Shown here one piece after another: positions 25,895 to 32,000 of a stretch of DNA of 32,000 nucleotides. The notes beneath the pieces are model-generated. The model did no database searches. It was given only the letters and a program-made list of their open reading frames with translations, and was not told where the DNA came from. The stretch comes from Candidatus Kuenenia stuttgartensis (GTDB taxonomy: Bacteria; Planctomycetota; Brocadiia; Brocadiales; Brocadiaceae). Position numbers and translations under genes: made by a program. Numbering within the stretch: position 1 is the stretch's first letter; the number at the start of each line of letters is the position of its first letter. Location of the stretch: contig NZ_LT934425.1 in the NCBI RefSeq assembly GCF_900232105.1, positions 240,001-272,000 on the forward strand, read 5' to 3'.

Positions 25895-26860
25895 TTATAC
25901 AGGAGGAATGTTGTGGAGAAGGTAATAAATATAACCACCGTAACCAGCTAATAACAAAGCGCCTTCCCACCTGTCCAGTGAAAACCTCGACCATGCAAAG
26001 GGGAGCAACACAAGGGCGTACAATCCCATGACGCCAAAATCAACAATATTGAAATTCTTCCTTGTTATTGGATGTGCCAGAGAGGCAATGCCTAATATTC
26101 CAAGAATATTGAATATATTAGAACCCACTACATTACCAATTGCAATATCTCCCTCTTTTTTAATAGCGGCAACCACCGAAGTTGCTAATTCAGGCATGCT
26201 GGTTCCTACCGCAACAATTGTCAGCCCAATAATCGCCTCACGTACTCCAAAATATCTTGCTAATTCCACAGCGCCTTTAACAAATAATGTCCCACCACCA
26301 ATAAGCATACCAAGGCCTATTACAATCAACCCCACAGGAATCCACATCCTTCCTTTAATTATTGGGATTCCCTCTGCGTACTCACGTTGAACAGATGGTT
26401 CCTTCTCTTTGCGTGCCTGATAGTAACAATAGTAAACATACACAATAATTCCAATTGTCAGCAATATGCCGTCCCAATATTGCAATTGCCCATCCATAAG
26501 AAGTGCCCAGATTACTATGGATACAACAATCATAATGGGAATCTCTCTTCGAACTACTTGTGCCTGCACCGATATTGGATGAATAATGGCAGCTACGCCA
26601 AGGATGAGGCCAATATTTACAATATTAGAACCAATTATATTCCCCAGAGCAATAGAGTCGTTACCATTGAGGGCAGCTTGAATGCTTACTGCAAGTTCCG
26701 GACTACTTGTTCCGAATGCTACAATGGTTAACCCAATTACCAGTGGCGTAATACCCAAACGCAATGCCAGCGACGAACCTCCCCTGACAAGGGCTTCGGC
26801 GCCAATCATTAAAATCACAAAACCGCCAATAAGAAACAGCAACATACTTATCACAAACAT
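25895..26860 (-). CDS. Calcium/sodium antiporter (YrbG/CaxA-like)
   Basis: Two inverted alpha-repeats: 'GITPLVIGLTIVAFGTSSPELAVSIQAALNGNDSIALGNIIGSNIVNIGLILG' and 'REAIIGLTIVAVGTSMPELATSVVAAIKKEGDIAIGNVVGSNIFNILGILG'. Confidence 0.93.
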   Translation of the reverse strand: MFVISMLLFLIGGFVILMIGAEALVRGGSSLALRLGITPLVIGLTIVAFGTSSPELAVSIQAALNGNDSIALGNIIGSNIVNIGLILGVAAIIHPISVQAQVVRREIPIMIVVSIVIWALLMDGQLQYWDGILLTIGIIVYVYYCYYQARKEKEPSVQREYAEGIPIIKGRMWIPVGLIVIGLGMLIGGGTLFVKGAVELARYFGVREAIIGLTIVAVGTSMPELATSVVAAIKKEGDIAIGNVVGSNIFNILGILGIASLAHPITRKNFNIVDFGVMGLYALVLLPFAWSRFSLDRWEGALLLAGYGGYIYYLLHNIPPV

Positions 26861-26894
26861 TCCTTTTTCACAGAAAGACTCTTTTAATAAAGCA

Positions 26895-27005
26895 GGGGCG
26901 AAGCATTTGCCTGCATAGAAGACAAAGACATAAAATGATGTATACGCACCAATTCTGCTCTATTGAACGAGTTATACTGTACACAGGCAAATGCTTCGCC
27001 CCTAC
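26895..27005. repeat. 111-bp palindromic repeat with perfect 20-bp terminal inverted repeats
   Basis: AGGGGCGAAGCATTTGCCTG (26895-26914) / CAGGCAAATGCTTCGCCCCT (26986-27005). Confidence 0.85.
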
Positions 27006-27066
27006 ACAGTAATGCTTTTCGAAAAATAGAGTTATTTGACTATAACCGATTGAAAACCCGCCCGGT

Positions 27067-27516
27067 TTAAATAAGCACAATATCATTTGCACTCATAACA
27101 CGTTCACAATAGTAGCATCGCAGTTTTATGGGATTTTTACGGAGGAGGTGTTGTCGTGTCTTAATGTTGCCATAGTTACTTATACAATTTGGGTTAAAAC
27201 ACTTTACGATACCCTCAATCATCTCAGGCACTATGACTTCAAACTTCTTCACCACTTCATAATCTTTGATAATATTTACCGTGGCATTCGGGGCAATAAG
27301 GGCAATTTTGTTCACCTCTTTCTGGTCAAGTATCTTTCCCCCGATCTTTATAATACCTTTTTTACCCAGGCATTTGCTTGATAAGTTCATGCCAACAAGG
27401 ACCACGTCCTCTTCGGCCTTTATGTTTAAGATATCAGCGACTTTTAACGTGCTCTTGCTGTCGATATGATCGATTACCGAACCGTCTTTGATAGCGGAAA
27501 CGTCTAACTGTTTCAT
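27067..27516 (-). CDS. pyrI: Aspartate carbamoyltransferase regulatory subunit
   Basis: 'GSVIDHIDSKSTLKVADIL', 'VGMNLSSKCLGKKGIIKI', zinc-binding 'CFNPNCISN...LRCYYCE'. Overlaps the pyrB stop by 4 bp. Confidence 0.95.
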   Translation of the reverse strand: MKQLDVSAIKDGSVIDHIDSKSTLKVADILNIKAEEDVVLVGMNLSSKCLGKKGIIKIGGKILDQKEVNKIALIAPNATVNIIKDYEVVKKFEVIVPEMIEGIVKCFNPNCISNYGNIKTRQHLLRKNPIKLRCYYCERVMSANDIVLI

Positions 27517-28469
27517 TCTGTTGCGCCCAATACTGCTGCCAAAATAGCCTTTCGCACCGGCACGCCATTGCGCACCTGGTCAAAATATACCGCATAATTT
27601 GTCCCATCAAGACTTTCGTCCATCTCATCCACACGCGGTAAAGGATGCATTATCTTTAAATCGTCCTTTACCCCCAATCCCTCAATCATGGGTTTGCTCA
27701 ACCTGTAAATCCCACGTACCTTTTCAAACTCTATTGGGTCGGCAAAACGCTCTTCCTGGATCCGCGTGCAATAAATCACATCAAGTTGTTTCCCGATACC
27801 TTGCAGGGATTCTGCCTCATGGCATGTTACGCGCCTTTTCTTCAGTTCTTCCATACAATCATTCGGCATTCTTAAATTAGGTGGAGAGATAAAGTACATT
27901 TCTGCTCCGAAATAGGCAAGGGCATAGGCGAGAGAGTGTACCGTTCTGCCATATTTAAGGTCTCCTAAAAAGCCAATTTTTAGCCCCTCAAGAATGCCTT
28001 TTGTTTTTAGAATGGTGTAAAGATCGAGAAACGTTTGGGTTGGGTGCTGGTTGGAACCGTCACCGGCATTAATCACCGGCACATTAACAATATCTGCGGC
28101 AAGCTGTGCAGCTCCTTCAAGATAGTGGCGAAGAACAACAACGTCACAATATCCCTCAATTGTCTTTAACGAATCGCTGAAGGATTCGCCCTTAGCAATG
28201 GACGTGGCGCCAGACTCCGCAAACCCGATTACCATACCGCCGAGTCGTTTCATTGCGGCTTCAAAACTTAACCTGGTCCTTGTGGAAGGCTCAAAAAACA
28301 GCACTGACAGTACCTTCCCCTTCAGGATTTGGGAATAATCGGTTTGTTCCATTCTTTTCGTGACGTCAAGAATGTATAAAATCTCTTCTTTATTGAAATG
28401 GAGGATAGAAATAATATCTCTTTGTTTGAAACTGATCATGTGTTCCTGCGATTGATAGAGGAGTGGCAC
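27513..28469 (-). CDS. pyrB: Aspartate carbamoyltransferase catalytic subunit
   Basis: 'VLFFEPSTRTRLSFEAAMKRLGG', 'VPVINAGDGSNQHPTQTFLDLYTI', 'IMHPLPRVDEMDESLDGT', 'FDQVRNGVPVRKAIL'. Confidence 0.96.
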   Translation of the reverse strand: MPLLYQSQEHMISFKQRDIISILHFNKEEILYILDVTKRMEQTDYSQILKGKVLSVLFFEPSTRTRLSFEAAMKRLGGMVIGFAESGATSIAKGESFSDSLKTIEGYCDVVVLRHYLEGAAQLAADIVNVPVINAGDGSNQHPTQTFLDLYTILKTKGILEGLKIGFLGDLKYGRTVHSLAYALAYFGAEMYFISPPNLRMPNDCMEELKKRRVTCHEAESLQGIGKQLDVIYCTRIQEERFADPIEFEKVRGIYRLSKPMIEGLGVKDDLKIMHPLPRVDEMDESLDGTNYAVYFDQVRNGVPVRKAILAAVLGATE

Positions 28470-28680
28470 TGTTTAATATTTGAAAAGATATTATCAGACC
28501 AATTTCAACATTACAAGTATTAATTTCTAACACAGCTTAGCGGGTTTTTTGTCTTTTCTTGTTTATTCTTATATGCTATTGTGTAGCCTGTAAAATCAGG
28601 GGTTAGAAAGCATGAGCGTTATTGTTTGGTTTGTTTTGTTTTCGTTACATTTTATTTGAAGTACGACTGAGGTACGACTT

Positions 28681-28876
28681 TATGAAAAAGCTTTTGTTCT
28701 TAATTCTTGTGTTTCTTGTTGCCGGATGCACTTCAACGGTGTCACAAACGGATCAACAGTATTACAACGTTTACGATGAACAGGGAAAGCGCAAAGGCTA
28801 CATAAAAGAGCGGGACGGACATTTTACCATTTACGATGAGAACTGGCAGCGTAAGGGGTATCTGGAGCGCAAATAG
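28681..28876 (+). CDS. Small lipoprotein with a repeated YDE..KRKGY motif
   Basis: 'MKKLLFLILVFLVAGCTSTVSQ' lipobox, then 'YYNVYDEQGKRKGYIKERDGHFTIYDENWQRKGYLERK'. Confidence 0.65.
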
Positions 28877-28904
28877 TGATAATGATTAAGGGCTAGGGAT
28901 GATC

Positions 28905-28975
28905 ACCCGAAAAGCCGCAATCCTGAGCGGGTGCCCTTTATCTACTTTCAGGGGTTATTCACAGGAGGATAACGT
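28905..28975 (+). promoter_or_regulatory. Conserved, potentially structured 5' leader, copy 1
   Basis: ACCCGAAAAGCCGCAATCCTGAGCGGGTGCCCTTTATCTACTTTCAGGGGTTATTCACAGGAGGATAACG, near-identical to 30052-30120. Can form a CCGC/GCGG hairpin inside a longer closing stem. Confidence 0.6.
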
Positions 28976-28976
28976 T

Positions 28977-29849
28977 ATGGCTGAAACACCAAGTAAGCTG
29001 GATTTTATCAAGGTCTATGACTGGTTAGTCTGTAACATCGACAAGGAGGGATTAATGAGAGAAAACGAACGCATAGATATGGCAGCAACAGAGGCTTATA
29101 AACCACTACCAGGTGACCTAAAAAGGGTAGGGGAGTGGCGGCACGTAAGGAAAGAAGGGGCAATTGCGACATGGGCAAGAATCTTACGTCTTAGTTATTT
29201 CGCCTTGGCCATCGCGATATTCATTGGCAATGCCTATGCCGGGTCAGGTGAGAATATGGCCGAAATAGATACATGCAAACAAGCCGTAATAGCTAAACCC
29301 GATGATCCGGAAGCTCATTTTAAGCTTGGCAATGCCTATGCCAAGTCAGGCATGTATACGGAGGCAATAGAGGCTTACAAACAGGCGATAAGGATTGAAC
29401 CTGATTATGCAGATGCTCATTGTAAGCTTGGTGCTGTCTATGCCAAGTCAGGCATGTATACGGAGGCAATAGAGGCTTTTAAACAGGCGATAAGGATTAA
29501 ACCTGATTATGTAGGCGCTCATCTTGGTCTTGGCATTTCCTATGACGAGTCAGGCATGCATCAGGAAGCAATAGCGGCTTACAAACAGGCTATAAGGATT
29601 GAACCTGATTTTGCAGGCGCTCATAATAATCTTGGTGCTGCCTATGCCGAGTCAGGCATGTATAGGGAAGCAATAGAGGCTTTTATACAGGCTATAAGGA
29701 TTAAACCTGATGATGTAGGCGCTCATTTTGGTCTTGGTGCTGCCTGTTTGATATTAAACGAGAGAGGCTCTGCCCTAGAACAATATAAGATACTCAAAGA
29801 CCTTGACGCTGAAGCGGCCAATAAGTTGTTCGATCTGATTTATAAATAG
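28977..29849 (+). CDS. TPR-repeat secreted or membrane-anchored protein
   Basis: Hydrophobic segment 'LSYFALAIAIFIGNAYA', then at least four 34-aa TPR units ('AHFKLGNAYAKSGMYTEAIEAYKQAIRIEPDYAD'...). Start chosen at MAETPSKLD after an AGGAGG Shine-Dalgarno. Confidence 0.85.
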   Translation: MAETPSKLDFIKVYDWLVCNIDKEGLMRENERIDMAATEAYKPLPGDLKRVGEWRHVRKEGAIATWARILRLSYFALAIAIFIGNAYAGSGENMAEIDTCKQAVIAKPDDPEAHFKLGNAYAKSGMYTEAIEAYKQAIRIEPDYADAHCKLGAVYAKSGMYTEAIEAFKQAIRIKPDYVGAHLGLGISYDESGMHQEAIAAYKQAIRIEPDFAGAHNNLGAAYAESGMYREAIEAFIQAIRIKPDDVGAHFGLGAACLILNERGSALEQYKILKDLDAEAANKLFDLIYK

Positions 29850-29885
29850 AAAAACCCCCATAGGGGAGAAGGAGAGAGGTCAGGC

Positions 29886-29975
29886 ATGGTTAGAACAATC
29901 AGAGCCAGATTTTCGCATGGCGTAATTGAACCTTTGGAAAAAGTAGACCGGAAAGAGACTCCTTTTTTGAGGTAG
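29886..29975 (+). pseudogene. Truncated AF2212/DUF104-like antitoxin remnant
   Basis: MVRTIRARFSHGVIEPLEKVDRKETPFLR*; starts like AF2212-family antitoxins but stops after 29 codons. Confidence 0.4.
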
Positions 29976-30051
29976 GGGGTATGCATGGGACTTCAGTTTG
30001 CAGTCAAATAATTGTATCCCCTATCTAACTTTTTTTGCATAAAGGTTGACG

Positions 30052-30120
30052 AACCGAAAGCCGCAATCCTGAGCGGCGGCCCTTTATCCACTTTCAGGGT
30101 TATTTACAGGAGGATAACGA
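30052..30120 (+). promoter_or_regulatory. Conserved, potentially structured 5' leader, copy 2
   Basis: AACCGAAAGCCGCAATCCTGAGCGGCGGCCCTTTATCCACTTTCAGGGTTATTTACAGGAGGATAACG; contains perfect GCCGC/GCGGC and GAAAG/CTTTC pairings. Confidence 0.6.
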
Positions 30121-30121
30121 T

Positions 30122-30943
30122 ATGCGGGAAAATCTCAGCGATTCAGCAGCAAATCTTAAGAATATATTCGAAGAGTATTACTACTTAATTATTAATACCG
30201 GCAGTGATAGCCATTTTCTTACTAAAGACAAATACAACGAAATAATGGATAGGTGTGTGAGAACTTTATCCAAAAGAGGTCTTTTGTTGGTTATGGCTGG
30301 TAATAAATTAATCATTTCATTTGAAGATGTGAAAGATTTGGACAGGGAATTATTTAAGACGTGGCCATACTATAGTTACAAAGAATTGGATGAAATGGGA
30401 CTCTGTAAAATCAATGGGAACGGGCAAAAGACGTATCCAAGCTGGATGATCAACAGAGAGGCAAAACTTAAGGAATATTTTCAAGATCAATATCTGGATT
30501 GTTTAGAAAAAATTGAGAACCGCAAATTAGGGGCGAGCACACCGATGCAAATACCCAGAGATACGAAATGCCAAGATTTGGTTAGCAAGCCAGAGAAAGA
30601 GCAGGCGAGCATTGATAAACTTTTCTATGATGATCATAAGCGTATTCTGTTTTTTGATAATGAAACACAGTACAAACTGACAAAAAAAGAACAGACATTG
30701 GTCGAATGTTTAAGAAGCGATGAACAGGATGTAGAAGACATATGCGAAAAAATTTGGGAGGATAGGGAAGCCAGGGGCAAATTTGACGCACTTAAGTCAA
30801 AATTAAACGGAAAGATTAAGACACAATTTGGTGTTAAGCTAATCAGAAACACGGAAAAGGGAAGCGGTAAATACTGTTTTGAAATAAAGATAACTAATAA
30901 GAAATTCAAAAAGCAAGATGAAAGTAAGATGCCGGTAAGATAG
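30122..30943 (+). CDS. Hypothetical protein with a possible C-terminal winged-helix (OmpR-like) domain
   Basis: 273-aa ORF with good RBS (AGGAGGATAACG). C-terminus 'NETQYKLTKKEQTLVECLRSDEQDVEDICEKIWEDREARGKFDALKSKLNGKIKTQFGVKLIRN...GSGKYCFEI'. Confidence 0.65.
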   Translation: MRENLSDSAANLKNIFEEYYYLIINTGSDSHFLTKDKYNEIMDRCVRTLSKRGLLLVMAGNKLIISFEDVKDLDRELFKTWPYYSYKELDEMGLCKINGNGQKTYPSWMINREAKLKEYFQDQYLDCLEKIENRKLGASTPMQIPRDTKCQDLVSKPEKEQASIDKLFYDDHKRILFFDNETQYKLTKKEQTLVECLRSDEQDVEDICEKIWEDREARGKFDALKSKLNGKIKTQFGVKLIRNTEKGSGKYCFEIKITNKKFKKQDESKMPVR

Positions 30944-31045
30944 ATATGTTTTTGAATATACCTGCGAATTGTCTGTAAATTAAGGGGATTGAAGCCGATG
31001 TAAAAAAGTAAGATGAAAGTAAGATTTCATTGGTTGTATAAAGAA

Positions 31046-31080
31046 GCCATGAGGTAAGCGTTTACCTTGTGGCTTTTTTT
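31046..31080 (+). terminator. Rho-independent terminator-like hairpin just upstream of the RHH gene
   Basis: GCCATGAGGTAAGCGTTTACCTTGTGGC followed by TTTTTTT. Confidence 0.7.
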
Positions 31081-31101
31081 GTTTTTACAGGAGGTATTTT
31101 T

Positions 31102-31275
31102 ATGAGAGACGAACCGGGTAAATTTTTCAATTTTCTGATGCCTTACAGCCAATATGAGGAATTGAGGGGTTTGGCGAGAAAAACGGATTTACCGATGGCT
31201 GAAATAATCCGTCAGGCTGTGCGGTCGGTGTTGGAGTCAGGCGGGCGGGTTAGGCTGAAAAAGCCATGCGCTTAA
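31102..31275 (+). CDS. Ribbon-helix-helix-like small protein
   Basis: MRDEPGKFFNFLMPYSQYEELRGLARKTDLPMAEIIRQAVRSVLESG after the AGGAGG Shine-Dalgarno. Track start at 31069 is probably too long. Confidence 0.65.
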   Translation: MRDEPGKFFNFLMPYSQYEELRGLARKTDLPMAEIIRQAVRSVLESGGRVRLKKPCA

Positions 31276-31353
31276 AAGGCGAAAGACGAACTGGGGGGTT
31301 TGGGGTAAAGGAGCCGGGAATAGTCAGGATTAAACCACAGGAGAGTAACAGAA

Positions 31354-31572
31354 ATGAACACAATGGAAAAACAGAAGGCAGTCTTTTCAGAGATCAGGGT
31401 AAGCAATATGGCTTTTTCCCTGATGGAAAGCATAGCGGAAGTTTACAAAGTGCCGGTTACGGAGATTATCCAGAATGCACTTCAGATGGTGTTGGAGGAA
31501 TGCCTAAAAGAGTATCAGCGTCTTTACCGTGAAGGCAAAAAAACAGAAGCCTGCGACCCTTCGGAAAATTAA
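31354..31572 (+). CDS. Small RHH-like protein
   Basis: 'RVSNMAFSLMESIAEVYKVPVTEIIQNALQMVLEECLKEYQ'; same architecture as the upstream RHH protein. Confidence 0.55.
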   Translation: MNTMEKQKAVFSEIRVSNMAFSLMESIAEVYKVPVTEIIQNALQMVLEECLKEYQRLYREGKKTEACDPSEN

Positions 31573-31576
31573 CAGA

Positions 31577-31606
31577 AAAGCCTGCAACGGGGGGGATGCA
31601 GGCTTT
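31577..31606 (+). terminator. Strong hairpin after the RHH-like gene
   Basis: AAAGCCTGCA (31577-31586) / TGCAGGCTTT (31597-31606), perfect 10-bp stem. No long U-tract. Confidence 0.5.
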
Positions 31607-31641
31607 CAGAAGATTAACAGATGGATGGAGCTTAACAAATT

Positions 31642-32000
31642 ATGGATGATAAATCAACACTAGACTTTGCAATTTATTACACAGAAGAAAAGAATTTTTC
31701 AATCATACCCTTGATTGGCAAAATCCCTGATGCCAGCGTTTTGCCAAAAGAACCAAACGAAAAAGGCGAACCAAAACCAACATGGCGACCATATCAAAAG
31801 AGAAAGCCAACGCAGGATGAATTACAAAAATGGTTTGGCAATGGCAGTAAACGGAATATCGGCATTGTAACCGGCACTATTTCTGGCATTGCCGTTGTTG
31901 ATTTGGACGGCAGGGAGGCTATACAGCTTGCAAAAGATTTAGAACTACCGGATACACCAGTTGTAAAGACGGCAAGGGGATATCATTTATATTACCGCTA
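31642..32000 (+). CDS. Bifunctional DNA primase/polymerase (prim-pol) domain protein, N-terminal part (truncated by window end)
   Basis: MDDKSTLDFAIYYTEEKNFSIIPLIGKIPD...PTWRPYQKRKPTQDELQKWFGNGSKRNIGIVTGTISGIAVVDLDGREAIQLAKDLELPDTPVVKTARGYHLYYR. Confidence 0.85.
   Translation, partial: MDDKSTLDFAIYYTEEKNFSIIPLIGKIPDASVLPKEPNEKGEPKPTWRPYQKRKPTQDELQKWFGNGSKRNIGIVTGTISGIAVVDLDGREAIQLAKDLELPDTPVVKTARGYHLYYR

Noticed and set aside
26682-27092. ORFs 26682-26918 (+) and 26868-27092 (-)
   Set aside because: Both run through the 111-bp palindromic element and overlap the exchanger or its spacer. Better explained by the repeat.
29290-29770. Possible CRISPR-like array
   Set aside because: The 102-bp periodicity is in frame and encodes 34-aa TPR units. 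There are no variable spacers between short identical repeats.
1-32000. tRNA, rRNA or CRISPR loci
   Set aside because: By eye I found no tRNA cloverleaf with a T-loop consensus, no rRNA core motifs and no repeat-spacer arrays. tRNAscan-SE and CRISPR finders were not run.

Overview
The gene complement suggests an anammox-type planctomycete (Brocadiaceae-like). This is inferred from gene content and was not searched. I found no rRNA, tRNA or CRISPR array. (1) 0-12 kb is rich in mobile elements. It holds the 3' end of an IS1634-like transposase, a precisely delimited 2,386-bp IS4/Tn5-like element with an N-terminal DUF4338/DruA-like domain, a precisely delimited 1,724-bp IS66-family element, and an 80-bp MITE-like element with IS66-like ends. 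Remnants of one type of radical SAM gene lie on both sides of a ~6-kb block carrying rubrerythrin, small stress proteins, a pair of paralogous membrane proteins and a lipoprotein with three P460-like c-heme modules. (2) 12-18.2 kb is a minus-strand block of redox/secreted genes: DUF1326 plus NosL-like, MBL plus two rhodanese domains, di-heme peroxidase-like, cupredoxin-like and a receiver-only protein. (3) 18.6-28.5 kb is mostly housekeeping: pckA, RNase HI-like, lolD, ilvE, lspA, DksA/TraR-like, NAD-binding, RluA-like, Na/Ca exchanger, pyrI and pyrB. (4) 28.6-32 kb is accessory: a small lipoprotein, a TPR protein, a hypothetical with a winged-helix-like C-terminus, small RHH-like proteins and the start of a prim-pol gene. 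Two genes in this part share a near-identical, potentially structured leader. The strongest leads are the DruA-like/transposase fusion in an element with visible ends, the island splitting the radical SAM gene, the triple-P460 locus, and the duplicated leader.
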